This document shows, piece by piece, positions 11,341-24,379 of a stretch of 64,000 bases of DNA (position 1 is the first letter of the stretch; each line of letters begins with the position of its first letter). A model generated the notes under the pieces. That model ran no database searches, was not told the origin of the DNA, and was given only the letters and a program-made list of their open reading frames with translations. Made by a program: the position numbers and the translations under genes. This DNA comes from Hydrolagus affinis (lineage: Eukaryota): NCBI GenBank assembly GCA_012026655.1, contig JAAILG010000203.1:62001-126000 (forward strand). Reading direction: 5' to 3'.

Positions 11341-11580
11341 TTCTATTTTCATCTCCGTTTCTCTTCTCCCTCTCTCCCCACCCCCCCTTCACCCTCCCCT
11401 TCTCTCCACCCAATGCTCTTTGAATCCGTCGGGCATCATCTTGGTCTTTGAAATTTGTAACTCGCAAGTGCCGTTTTGGGAATCTGAAAACTCCAAAGTG
11501 TGAACTCTGCACTTGTGGAGATCATATCCTCAATATGGCGCGAATGGAATGAGATTGAACACAACAACCTACTGAGCTCC

Positions 11581-11697
11581 TTGCTCTCTCTCTCTCTCTT
11601 TCACTCTTCTCTACCACTACCCCCTCTTCCCCCCCACCTCCCCACCCCCCACCTCCCCACCCCCCCCTCCCCCCCCACACACACACACCTCTCCCCA
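11581..11697. repeat. (CT)n plus poly-C low-complexity tract; G-quadruplex potential on the minus strand
   Basis: Several runs of four or more C separated by 1-4 nt (ccccccacctccccacccccc...). Confidence 0.8.
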
Positions 11698-12537
11698 CTA
11701 TATTTTGTAGATGATTGTGTCAATCCTTCGTGGAAAAATGTACCGGATTGATCATCTGCTATATGACCACTGGAAGTCAAAGATAGAATTAGTTCTATGT
11801 TTTCAAAGCCGCAGAATTGATATGAATTCTGTAGTGTGCTTCGGGGTGCCTCAGTGCGATATGTTTTGAGCTCTGCCGTGCAATTTAATTACAACGCACT
11901 TGATGATCACATGACTGATAAAACTGGACAGTTCTTGGTGGAAGTCTAACCTCTGATTAGTGATCCTTTTGCACAGCTTCCCATTCGAGTTGCCCTCCAG
12001 GGTTTTATTTGCTGCAGCAGTTTAGGCTCTGGCTTGCAAACTATAATTAATTTAGCCACGTCTTTCATTTTGGTGCAAAAAATGCTACTGCTGTCCTCAA
12101 AGGATCACAATGTGGTTTTAAAATCACCAGCTGCAGCTATTGCTGGAAAGTATTCCCTTGTACAAGACAATTTTGTGGCTTTGCCAAAGCGTGACCATCA
12201 AGGGTACTTTTGTGAGTATCGATCCATTTACAAAAGGAAATAGGACATTGATTAATCCAGTATTTTGATTATTGAATTTCGATTATAAGAAGTCACTTAT
12301 TCGTTACAATGTCGCCTATGAAAGTGACTAAGACAGAACTATTTTCAGCATTGTGTAAAAAAAATAATCCCTGTTGCACATATTGATTCTACAGTACGTC
12401 CCAGCCTTATCGATCTCCACAAACCAGGGGAACAAAACGAGTCTCATCATAGGAAACCAACCAGCGTCTCTCTAAATCACACATCATTCTGACTTGGGTA
12501 TTATACCCCTGCTCCTTCATTGTCACAGGGTCAAAAT

Positions 12538-12784
12538 CCTGGAACTCCCGACAACCTCAGGAACTCCATCCCACAGTCCCTCCGCCTTGCCCCCTCTCTG
12601 GCCTCCTTCAAGTCCTACCTTAAGCCCCTCCTCGTCGACGGTCCCATTGGTCACTCCAAATCCCCCCCTTTCCCTCCACCCTCCTTGTCCCCAGCTCGGC
12701 TCTGAAACAATGATTGTCCAGCGCCTTGGGACGTCCTCCTGACGTGAAAGGCACTGTACAAGTGTCATTGTGTTGTTGGTGTTG
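12538..12784 (+). mobile_element. L2 LINE 3' end (family with TTG tail)
   Basis: Encodes NSIPQSLRLAPSLASFKSYLK (extreme C-terminus of L2 ORF2), then a C-rich 3' UTR, cagcgccttgggacgtcctcctgacgtgaaaggcac and a (ttg)n tail. Confidence 0.9.
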
Positions 12785-12799
12785 AACAACATTGCATTG

Positions 12800-12917
12800 T
12801 CACCACATGGAACTCAACAGTGTAAGGAGATGCCACCTTCTCAGGGTAACTGGATGTTGGGCAGTGAATACTGCCAAAATGCCATTGTTACCCACATCCC
12901 GAGTGAGAAACAAAACC
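12800..12917 (+). mobile_element. Old LINE 3' end (CR1/L2 group, different family)
   Basis: caccacatgga...ccaccttctcagggtaact...tgggcagtgaatactg...cccacatccc plus an A-rich end resembles a LINE tail I recall from shark genomes. Confidence 0.5.
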
Positions 12918-14332
12918 CAAATCATCGGAAATTCTCATTGAATTCATAAGAATCTTCCATATGGTGGATGGGCACTGGCCACAGCATTTTGTCAAAGGAA
13001 AGCCCATCCCAGAGAGAAAAGCTCTCAGAACTTAAAAAACACTCGAGAGAAAGACACCTAGAGTAGACCGATAAAGATTGATGATGGCTGTAGAGGTTTA
13101 CAATCCACTCTGGGCCCCTCATTGCACTCAACCTTAAGAAGCGCAATCTTGTTATTACTTGTTTATTATGGGGTTTCCAATGTGTCACTGAAGAAGGAAG
13201 CGAAGCAGTAGGAGGCAGCAATGGGGATGTAAAGGAAAAATTCCATACACATAAAGAAATCTTAGTTGCCTCTTTGGTTCTTTACAGGTTTAAATTCCTA
13301 TATGGGGTGAGGTCTGTTTGAAAGGGAAGTATTATGGCAGGCTTGCACGGAGGGAATCATGGACCAGCTCATTCTCCAGGGACTTCACTTGGAGAGAAGC
13401 CATAGTTGGAACTACCTCCACATGACCAAGCACAACTTCAGAGGCAGTTTGCTTTGACTGACATCTTAAGGAAACTGGAATAGAGGCCCCAGATGTTGTA
13501 TACACAACACTTCAAGCAGACCGCTGGGCTGTTTCTAAACTGAAATGGGCACCTTTAATCAGTCACAGTGCATTGTGCGAGCGCAGTCACTCAGACCCCA
13601 TGCAAACCCTGGAATGTACACTTTCTGGAGAACTTCCCAAGTTCCAAATCTATTTATCAATTTAATTTTACCTGCAGCTATTTTTAGTCTAAGTCGTATT
13701 TGCCGAGAAGGCCAAGTTTTCTTTTGTGTTGAGAAACAAACAGCTTAAAAGTGCCCATGACCTTTTCTAACCAACGCACAGATGAAACTCATAATGATAT
13801 ACAGTAATGCCTAGAGTAATGTTGCCTCTCCAGGCAGGCAATTGAACAATAATAGCTGTTGGTTAAGAATGAGCAAATTGTAAAGCAAACTGAGCCAATT
13901 TTAAAAAATGGTATAACGATATTTTTTAATCACTGTGTTGGATATGAGTGCTACATGATAAATTCATAACATACAGCACAGAAATTTATATCCACTATGG
14001 GTCAAAGGTTGAAACCCGAACGTCTTTGTAGCACCTAGTTTGTTGGGTGGTTGGAGACGGATCTTGCCACGTTGCTAACAGGACTGAGGTGAAGAAACTA
14101 TGAAATCATTTGAAAATTAAGAAAAAAAGAAATTGGTTTATTAGAGCACAGAGAAGTAGTTCTTATCTCATAAGAACTTGTAAAATAAATTAACATGTGT
14201 TTAGTTTGATAGTTTTGCGTTATTGAATAATGACAACAAAAACTTGCACTTAACTTGTTGCCTTCACACGGGTAATGTCTCAGAGCACCTAGAGTAGCAT
14301 TTACGATTGCCCTCAAACTCAAGAAATTCATC

Positions 14333-14474
14333 ATTGCTGTGCGCAATTGGCTGCTGCGTTTCACCCACAAATATGCAGTCGATACACTTTACAGCATATT
14401 CTGTGAAGCGCTTTGAGACGTCTAGAAGACGGGAAAAGTGCCATATCAAATGCAAAGATTATTATTATTATTAT
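14333..14474 (+). mobile_element. SINE 3' half
   Basis: tgctgtgcgcaattggctgctgcgtttcacccacaaat...tgcaaagattattattattatta. Confidence 0.9.
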
Positions 14475-14945
14475 AAATCATTTGAATCACACAGTCCAAT
14501 AAACAGCAGTAAGATGAACAGCCAATTTGAAGTTTGGGGGGAATTTGAATAGAGGAAGAATATAAGAGTAGGACAATGAGGAGAAACAGGATCACTTTGA
14601 TGTTTGCCTCAGGTTGCCAATTAGGTTTTAGAAAACTATTTCCATAATTTGTATTGCTCTCATGCATATGAAGATATTTGTATTAAGAGTCTCCTGAAGG
14701 CACTGACTCATACTCAATATGGTTGTTTGGTGTCAGTAAACGAGAGCTATGATTTCCATATTATCTTATAGATTTTGCCACCAAAATATGGATTGTATTT
14801 AAATAAGCTTGTTTACTAAGTTTTTTCATATTTAAATCTTGTTAGTCAAGTACGTTAAGCTTTTACAAGAGGAGAGAGAATGTAAAATGTATTATGAGCA
14901 ATGAAGTGGCATCTTGAATTGAAATAAATGATGTTTCAGAGATGT

Positions 14946-15172
14946 GATAATAATAATCATCATTGCATTTGGTATAGCGCTTTTCACATTTTATCGACGT
15001 CTCAAAGCGCTTCACAGAATATACTGTAAAGTGAATTGACTGTATATTTGTGGGCGAAACGCGGCAGTCAATTGCGCACAGCAATGTCTCACAGTAGTGG
15101 ATTGAAATGACTAATTTTTATTATTGTTTTCTTTTAACGGATTATTGTTAGGTGTGTGGAGTAAGGAAACTG
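14946..15172 (-). mobile_element. SINE lacking the tRNA head
   Basis: Reverse complement of tail and body, ending at gtggagtaaggaaact. Confidence 0.9.
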
Positions 15173-16683
15173 TCTCAATATAAGCAGAGTGGGACAACAT
15201 ATATAAAACAATATATATTACATACCTTATGAAATGCTGCAAATTTACATTGGGAATGAACGCGTTGATTACGGTGTGAAATGCCAACAATTCCCACCAC
15301 AGTGTGGAAATGCTGATCCTATGTAACTACACCACAGAGGGAATTGTGCCACTAAAACATGTCACTACGTTTAAGGAGTGGTTCAAGATTGATGGTTGGT
15401 CTTAATCCGCTTTGATTTTTTGGGGGGGTATTTTTCAGGAAGATTTAGTGAGTGGCTGGCACAATGGCTTTTACAAGTCTAGCCCAAGCCTTTCCTGTTG
15501 AAGAGATATCTTCCGCTACTCTAGCCGCACGGACCACAGTATTTCTCTCTTCTGCCCGCCACTAGCAATTAAATCACCAACCCTTTTACAAAGCACGTTC
15601 TGTAGGACTCAGATTCTAACCCCCCCCCACCCCCATATTCTGGAAAACAGCTTCTAGCCACGAGAGGGTGAGATTGCATCATTCTTTCCAATGCCTACAG
15701 TACGATTGATTTAATTTATTTCCAACAGACCGATTCCGAGACATGGTCTATTCTGCTCCTAGTTAGTTTCTAAAGGGGCTGAATTACAGGTCTGGTGTAG
15801 ATGTGTGAAATGCAAACTGAACCCAAAGAATCCGATGTCTAACCATTGCGTGGTGCAGTTCCCTGTGGGGGACATATTGTATAGTACAGTATCTAGTTTC
15901 TGAACTAGAAGCAACTGAAACTGGATAACATTTGCCCACTTTAATATACCAAAACTGTACATATTTTGCCTTGAGCAGGCTGCTTTTGGTTTAGGTTTTA
16001 CACATTCCTACAATCTGGTATTTCAATCTGATCATAATTTAGGCTCTTTGAAGGCAAAATAGGTAAATGAACACTTGAAACGGTCACAAGATGCCTCAGT
16101 CCCAGTGTCCTCAGTTCCTTCCTCGGCAGTCATAGGGAATTATACGAGCAATCAAGCAATCTGGCAATTTGAAATTTGTTGTTAGATAAACTGGCTCATT
16201 GCATATTAAAACACAGTGATTAAGCCTTTTGAATAATTCCTCTTCTCCTCGAGAGGAAGCAGGCACATTCCTGATTGCTGCTCTCATGTCTACAGAGACA
16301 AGAGAGGTAAACTATTAAAAAGGCAAAGATATAATTATTATTTCAGCTGTGAAAATGACCGTCTGTGCTCTATCTATCTCTAAAATTGTTTCATACATCA
16401 CGCCTGGTTTGTTATCAAGGGAACACCTGGTTAAATGCAGATGTTTTCTTCCAACAATGTCATCTTGATGCACAACAATCCACTTAGCATAACACAGTAT
16501 GTCTTTGCAGTATGTGTCTACAATGAATTCTCTTGACAATTCTACTGTTTCTAGTCCATCTGAGTGACAACTGTCTCTATAGAAAATAAATGTGAATATG
16601 GTTAAACTTAATCTTACTGTATGATGGAATCTGAATTAACCCCTCCTGTGCCAATCATACATAAGGTGTTCACTGATGCATTT

Positions 16684-16985
16684 ATAATCCTTGCATTTTG
16701 ATAATCCTTGCAGTTTTGATATAGTTCTTTTCACGTCTTCTCGACATCTCAAAGCGCTTCACAGAATATACTGTAAAGTGAATTGACTGTATATTTGTGA
16801 GTGAAACATGGAAGCCAATTGCGCACAGTGGTGTCCCACAAACAGTCGTGGATTTAAATGACTAATGAATTATTGTTTTTTTGGAGTGATTGTTATTAGG
16901 AGTGTGGGATAAAGAAACTTGCCTGTAATTGAACCCAGGTCTCTCGCTTGCAAGATGAGTGCTCTAACCACTGAGCTACAGGACT
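16684..16985 (-). mobile_element. Near full-length SINE with a duplicated tail end
   Basis: ataatccttgcattttg is repeated in tandem at 16685-16720; the head ends ctaaccactgagctacaggact. Confidence 0.92.
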
Positions 16986-18610
16986 GCACAGTTTTACACA
17001 GCGTCAAAATCTTAGACTGTCAGAGATTGGGCATTAATGTAACTTCCGAACTGATCTCTGTTCACTGAGATACCATTAAATCCTCATGGCCCCTCTGTGC
17101 CACCATTGATGACCGTGGCTGAGGGCAGAGCTTGAGTAGTTGTGATGACATTGAATGATGGTTCATGGAGCTTTATGTTGCCCAAAGGGAATGAAATCCC
17201 AGTGAAGCCCAAACCATATTAATGGATCATGTGCAAAACATCACAAAGGAAGTCCTGACAGAAAAGATGGAACTTATCCTAACATTAGCTTTGCCATAAC
17301 CCTTTGGGCCATTGCTGGGGCACTTAAGTGATTGTTCATGAACCCACCTCTCCCCATTCTATGAATGGTTAACAGCACGGGTACTTTATATGCTCTATCC
17401 TTCTCTGCAGAAAAATGGAATATGTTGCTATTTATGCTGCCAATGTGTGTATTTTCTTTAAAACTCTTCAATGCTTTTCACATACTGTTGGCATAATTTC
17501 AACCCTCCAATGTCTTCTTGTTGTGGTGTGGTACTGACCCATGAAATCAATGTTTGCATTCTTTCAAATTCAAGGCTAAATTATTGTTTTTTTTGTTGGC
17601 CTTATCCCCTCTCCTCCTTCAGGAAGACTCTAATTCATGCTGGATACAGTTCCATGTGTGCTGGCTGTCCTCCTGTAAGCACCCGGTGTGTGCAGAGACA
17701 GGAACTGTTGGCAGGCCCGTCAACAGAGGAACCATCACAGTCAAGCCTGCTCCGCCAATATCTGACAACCACAAATGCACTTCCCTGTAGGGATTACTCA
17801 ACAACTATCAGATTTGGAACCCGATTTGATTTCACCCCTCAAACATCACCGTCAATCACTTGATCCAATTTCACTCTCCCGGCTGAGATCAGCTTACTGC
17901 TATTACTTTGCAGGCGGCTTGGATCTTCCCAGTCCTTTGGCTGAGGACCACACCAAGTAGTGCATAAGGTAGTGGAATGTTTCAAGGAAATGCGGCTGAG
18001 TTTTTCTTGTTGTTGCAGATTTAAGTGTCGAGCTGGTCCTTTTTGCTGGCTTTAATATTAAAGTACATTCCACAGGTCACAATGTAGTGGACACAAGGAT
18101 TGTCACAGCAGCAAAGTGCAGATTGGATCTAAACGGTAGACTGGAATGACCAATGGTCTTGTCCTGCCTGAAACTGTTAACTAAACAAATGTTTTGTCGA
18201 AGCGATATACTCCACCCTTAATGCTATGTAAACATATGGATGGAGGCCTGCTCTGCTGAGGAACCTCGCTGCGCATGATGGATGTGGACCTTTCAAAACC
18301 TAAAACAAACTCAGTTTATCAGTGTTAACGCCATTGAGCATCCAGCATTGTTCAGTAATCTATCACTCTTCCTCCCAATTATACTATTTTGTCTATTGCT
18401 ATCAATGTGCGCACTTGTAGAGTCAGGGGTTGGATGGCATCGTTGTCAGATAAAAATAATTGTAGGATTTAGAAATCCCTCACTAGAATCTAGCTCATGT
18501 TTTGAAGGCAAAAACACCAAGCGACACAATATGCATTAATGATCCCTGCCCACGGAGCAAGCTTGCCACATGATGAAAAGTTCAATTTTAATACATCTCT
18601 GGTAGCATGA

Positions 18611-18670
18611 CCTCCCGACGTGAAAGGCGCTCTCTAAATGTAATTTTGTTGTTGTTATTGTTATATTGTT
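18611..18670 (+). mobile_element. Ultra-short L2 3' end
   Basis: cctcccgacgtgaaaggcgctctctaaatgtaattttgttgttgtt. Confidence 0.85.
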
Positions 18671-19325
18671 GCTTGAATGGAGAACTTCAAGGTTGAAATG
18701 CCATTTCGAACGGTTCCACAAAACAGTAGATGCTCTGTACTCTGTAATTCTGTCATATTTAATGATTAGGTGCGTAAGTTGAACCGTAACCCAAAGAATG
18801 TGGCGGTTTCAAACCCAGGTAAATCCCACGATTGCCAGGAAAGCATTTGTCTTCTTGCTGCACATGTAGAACGCTCTCTGTGAGAGTGTCGCTCTCTGTG
18901 CACCTTATCTGTCATTGTGCTGGGTCTACATGTGCAGTATTCTCAGGCAAGTCATCTGTCAATTCAGGGGCAGCCTTTTTCATGTTTGCGGTAAAAAAGC
19001 AGTTGACTCGACCAGACCTTTCTGTTTATCAGCTACGAACGGCCTTTTTTTTTCTCTCGCAAGTGCACTGATATCAGTTAGAGAGCTAAACCGTTCTTCT
19101 GAAACAAGGTACCGTGTTCTCTGAATTAAACGAGATTTCCTTTCCCATTGTATCCTGTTTAAAAAGGAGGCGAATAATTTGTTTGAATCGATCAGGCTGG
19201 AAAAACATCCCCAGTTGTAAGCAAAATTGTTAGAATTTAAGTTGAGTCCTTTTTGTCCACGGAAACGCATTCTTTCAATATCTTAAACTGATGGGATGCA
19301 TTGAAGGATTTTTGGTGAGGTACAC

Positions 19326-19460
19326 GTCCTGTGGCATATTGGTCAGAGCACTCGCCTCACAAGCGAGAGGACCTAGGTTTGATTCCTGGGCAGGGTGAAA
19401 TATTAGGCAAGTTTGCTTACTCCACATGCCTCTGTTTGTTTAGTTTATGTGAAGGATACT
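19326..19460 (+). mobile_element. tRNA-derived SINE head with a different (CORE-like) continuation
   Basis: gtcctgtggcatattggtcagagcactcgcctcacaagcgag...ggcaagtttgcttactccacatgcct is followed by ctgtttgtttagtttatgtgaaggata rather than the aataataatcc seen in the other copies. Confidence 0.75.
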
Positions 19461-20229
19461 ATGCATTAGGAATTGTTATATTGCTCTGAACATTTCTCTA
19501 ATTTTATTTCATAAAGTTCATTATTAAATCAGAGGAAGACATTTGTGTCTATGTAAATTACCTGCTATGTAAATATATATTTCTGTGCAGAAATGGCTAA
19601 CATGTAAGAGTTTATAGTGACAGCATTCAATATTTTGTTATAACGTTCAATTATCTGAATGAGCAAATTCATAGGATGCTTCTCAGTTATCATTACTCCA
19701 ATTAAATACAGAAGCACAATTCTATGACCTTATGTCTTTGAGAATGTTGCAGAAATGCCACTGGAGTCTTCCGGGGTTAAATATTCCCAGTGAAGATATG
19801 TTGCTACAATTGTCAGCGGTTTAATCTGCACCAAATCTAAAGATATAATTCACTATTAAGAATTAATCTGTTTTTATTACAAATATAGTTTTTACATGTG
19901 TCCTGTAACATAATTCACATGCTCCACCAAATTGTGACCATATGCATGACGGCACTTTATAATCTAACCTGTGGAATCCATTTGTCTATTTCAAGCTTTA
20001 CTACTCCAGGTTCCTGCTTCATCTTGACCAATTATCATTCTAAATAATAATACAGTTCACCTTGTAGCATTGATATCTCTTAAAAAAAAAGACAAAAATA
20101 TACGTTAATTTATATTAACTTAGCTACTGTATTCGGGATTTGGAGGCTGGTCTCACAGTTAATAAAATGCTTTTTCCGATTAATGTAAATGAAACTTTAA
20201 TTTGTGCAGATTGATTTTAAACCCAATAA

Positions 20230-20950
20230 TACACTTCTATCTGTGTAATATGTGACCTTTCACTTTCAGGCTCGGCCAGGGCCAGACTTGCCTTTAGTTT
20301 TTCCAAGAATACAGTAAAGTGTTAATGGTGATGAGCATATCTTTGGTGGGTTGCCATGACGGGAAGCAGAAGTAAAGAGAGCCTGAGATTAGTGCGGATG
20401 AAAGAAAAAGGGGAATTTTTTTTGTTCGGTGTCAAGAGGGAGGCAGGAGTTTGATGGAATACAGACACACTGCATAAATCTGCCAGAAGAAAAGTCTGAG
20501 TTTCACTTGTAGCATATGAGGGATGATGGGTCTCTTATTATTAATGTATTTTGCTTAGGCCGAAAACACAATATTATTGATGCGTTTGTGGCCTTAGAAA
20601 AACACAATAATCATCAAAAGCCTCTCTGAATAATGAAATAGTCGTTTGGATAATAATTATGAAAATCAATTCTTCCCCTAGTTCAAATGCAAAATAAAGG
20701 TCTTGCCTGTGCTGTGAATAAATACATTTTCCTCCCTCAAACTTTAATACGTGTTTGTATGTAAATCAGATGGCAATGGAAATGACCGATAACTGAATCA
20801 AGCTGAGTGCTGGAGGAAGTGGCTGATTTTACAGGGTTATTTTTGGATTGCCAAAAATCCAGAGGTGGCTTGGTAATGAAATAAGTTGATGAACCAGCAT
20901 ATTGTGCAATGTGCACGATTGATAGGACATCAGGCGCCAATGATTCCTCA
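20230..20950. promoter_or_regulatory. Candidate conserved non-coding element
   Basis: Repeat-free block. A PBX-HOX-type site (gtaaatca, 20761) overlaps a CAGATG E-box, and there are several homeodomain cores. Motif evidence only. Confidence 0.25.
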
Positions 20951-21569
20951 CACTAAATTCCCCAAACACTCATTAGACTTGGTAGAACACCAAAAATTTT
21001 AGAGCTGCATTCATATGATTCAAACCAAAGCCAATTCAGCTCTTCTGCCCTTTCCTTTCCTCTATGAAGATGTTTAACAGTAAAAGATTCAACTTATTTG
21101 AGTTTTTACTGAGCGGAAGGGAGGGGCCACTTACAATTTCACATTATAAGAGATTGAAGCAGATGTTTCATTTTACAATGACGCTCTCCAGGTAGCAAAA
21201 CACTGGTAGCAAACTATTTTACTGTCTGAAATAAACAGCCCCATTAATATTTTGGTAGCCTACAGCTTCCTTACCACATGCTGCCTGGTCGTTTGCAGAA
21301 AAAATTATCTTAAAAAAAAACACATTGCAGCACCAGCATTCTATTCTGTTGAATACACACTGGTGCTACTTTAAATAATAGTTACATTTGATATACAACA
21401 ACAACAGCTAAGTCAAATTGTCTCTAAATTATTTTATAGTAATTACTGTACAGTACTATCTAGGTGACCACAGCAGCTAATTTGCACCCAACAATGTCCC
21501 AGGAGTTGAATGATCATTTGAATTGGAAGATTGCAGTATCCCAGCTCTCCCCACTTATTATCATATAGG

Positions 21570-21618
21570 GATAATAATAATAATCCTTGCATTTGATATA
21601 GCACTTTTCACGTCTTCA
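21570..21618 (-). mobile_element. SINE extreme 3' tail only
   Basis: ataataataataatccttgcatttgatatagcacttttcacgtcttc. Confidence 0.85.
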
Positions 21619-22287
21619 TGATGACAAGGCAACAGCAACATGTTTTAAGATTACACTGACGTCATAAAACATGAGAATTACAGAGCAATTGACGCGCAGG
21701 GCTAATTCATGTGTTGACTAAATTATATGCGTGAAATTGTGCTAACCGTGAGTTCAAACGTATTTGTAGAGAAGTAATTACATGTGCCTTTAATGGGGTA
21801 ACTGAGAAGCAAGAAACAGGGGGTATATGTAATTAGTTGCATTGCTTGTTAATTGCGTCATTTAGACCACCTGTATGCTTTTGGACATGGTTAGTCCAAA
21901 GTGTACAATTTGTTAACCCCAACCCCACAAATAACACTCCACAGTCATCCAAAACTTAAGGCCTTGGCACAAGCAGGGGAATGCTCCCAGATATCCTTTA
22001 TTGTGCATTAAATAAACTTTTCCCAACTAACATCTAAACTTTCCAGTTTGGGTTCTTCTCGTCAGAATTCTCATCGCTTTCTGAGACACAATTGCCCAAG
22101 AGCAGATGTTGTATCAGAAACTAATTAGGTGTGAGGTTGAACTTAATCCTCTATAAAACCTATTAAAAGGATCCAAAAGGTGATTTATCTCCTGGCACTT
22201 TGCGTTCTCTCCAGTTAATAGTTTGACCTGTGACCCAGATACTGAGGTTACTTCGAAAGCATTGAGTCCAATTTTTTCCATATTTTT

Positions 22288-22370
22288 TTTGCCCACAAAT
22301 ATACAGTCAGTTCACTCTACAGTACATTCCGTGAAAAGTGCTGTATCTAATGCACTGACTTATTATATTA
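22288..22370 (+). mobile_element. SINE 3' fragment with an internal deletion
   Basis: gcccacaaatatacagtcagttcactctacagtacattccgtgaa joins directly to aagtgctgtatctaatgca, a deletion between the two gtgaa motifs. Confidence 0.75.
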
Positions 22371-22900
22371 TATGTGTGTGTGGTATATTTCAGGCACAGT
22401 CATGGTACTGCCTGGGTCTTATGCATTACTATCATGTGTCTCTTATCTGCCTAGGAGTTTATAATCACCTTGTAGTCTGGGTCTCTGCATCTCTCTGGAC
22501 TGGGCTCGCTATTTCTTCTGAGCATTACAGTCTGACAGACAGACATTGAAACCATCACTAGATTTTTCTCAAGCATGCTATCATTGCTTCTTGGAATGAA
22601 AAATGAAGACATCAGAAGACTGGCTCAACTTTGTAGCAATTGTTTTCAATAAGATCTAGAATTATCTTGTCCAGATATGTGTGCGTTTCCACTGACTCAC
22701 CACACAGCAATAATACTATCTCACTCATATATAACAATTGGAACTGTTAGCTCAATTCAGACATGATATCCGCATTGAATCATCAGCCATTTTACAATGA
22801 GCCTCAATGCAATGAGTGGAACCAGATCTACTTCTTGAATATCACAAATCAGTTCTCTGTCAGTAAAGTGTGTTTTGGTTTTATTTAAGATCATTCTTGT

Positions 22901-23229
22901 AATAATATAATAATGATCCTTGCATTTGATATAGCACTTTTCACGTCTTCTAAATGCCTCAAAGTACGTCACAGAATATGCTGTAAAGTGAGTTGACTGT
23001 ACATTTGTGGGCGAAACACGGCAGCCAATTACGCACAGCAGTGTCCCACAAACAGTCGTGATTGAAATGACCAATTTATTATAGATTTCTTTTTTGGACG
23101 GATTATTATTAGGTGTGTGTGTGTGGAGTAAGGAAACTTGCCCGAGGTTTCGCCCTGACCTGCTTGGTTTAAAAACTCAGGTCTCACGCTTGTAAGGCGA
23201 GTGCTCTAACCACTGAGCTACAGGACTCC
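22901..23229 (-). mobile_element. Full-length tRNA-derived SINE
   Basis: Complete reverse-complement copy ending gctacaggactcc; the head anticodon loop reads CT-TAC-AA. Confidence 0.95.
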
Positions 23230-23429
23230 ACAACGTGGAGTCGATCGTTTTCAAGAGAATTATGGACCATATGGACCTTTTATTTTTTGGGAGAATGCAA
23301 GGCATTGAGAAATGTAGGATAAAAGGCTGCAGAAGGCAGAACAGTGGAGGAACAAGTGTGTGTATGTGTGGTTGGGTGGTAGGGGGAGAGACAGTCATGC
23401 TTCCTGGCTTGTCGTGTACAACCACTCTG

Positions 23430-23720
23430 ATTTATACTTGAAGCTGCATTTCAAAATTGATCTGTGAGCTCTTCATCTGCCGGGCTGCACAGCCGCAGTC
23501 ACTGATGAGAGGATTGTCTGGGGTCTATCTTACTCTGATTGCTAAACACTGTCACCATTTCTCGTGGTCGCTGAAGTGGACAATCCCGTTAATTGGTTAT
23601 GACTGCTTTAACTATCAGTGTAAGGCGCACCCCAGTGTGTCATGGAGTGGCGCCATTTCTTTCTGTGAGGGAGACGAGATCTGAGACTGCCTTTCTAACT
23701 AGAGATGGATGTTTGTGTGT
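23430..23720. promoter_or_regulatory. Candidate conserved non-coding element
   Basis: Repeat-free, GC- and CpG-richer than its flanks, with catctg, ctgtca and ttaattgg motifs and no splice-bounded ORF. Confidence 0.3.
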
Positions 23721-23985
23721 TGATTCCAAAAGCAAAAGGAGAGAAAACACAACTTTTAAAAATAAAAAAAAAAGCCTAACCATAAAGCAAAACTGCTTTA
23801 TCAGAATAAAAAGAACAAGATTGCACTGAAAATACTATAAGAACAAATCACAATCACATTCCATTTGTAAATATTTACTTTCCTCTTTACGTTCTCTTCT
23901 GTCTGCAATATATTTGTCCATTAAGAGAGTGAACACTTTCCCCCAAAATTACTATTTGGTAGCAGTACAATATCAAAGCCAAGTT

Positions 23986-24041
23986 CAACAACAATATAAT
24001 TACATTTATAGAGTGCCTTTCACGTTGAGAGGACGTCCCAA
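23986..24041 (-). mobile_element. Ultra-short L2 3' end
   Basis: caacaacaatataattacatttatagagtgcctttcacgttgagaggacgtcccaa. Confidence 0.85.
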
Positions 24042-24379
24042 TAATACTTTAGGCACCGGCCTCCATATCTTACCACACCAGATCAATTTAGTTGCTTTAA
24101 TGAGAATTACTGCATAACGTGATACTTTTTTGCAAATAAACTGTAATGACTTTAAGTAGCGGTTTGAACACTTCTCTTGGTGACAAAAAAAACCCTTTCA
24201 GAAAAGACGAGCGGTTTCGTTCAATGGAAATGTGGCAAATTTATAAATGTGGGGTATTTCTGCTATTTGTAAGCTCAGTGTATGCTTACAAATAACTGAT
24301 GCAGTGTTAGATGTACAATTCGATTTTCATTTTTTTATTATGTCGTTATTTCTAAATTAAAATTGTATTAGTTATTTAT

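Noticed and set aside
11018-11751. 164-aa and neighbouring ORFs
   Set aside because: They are kept open by C-rich and CT low-complexity tracts and contain no recognisable domain.
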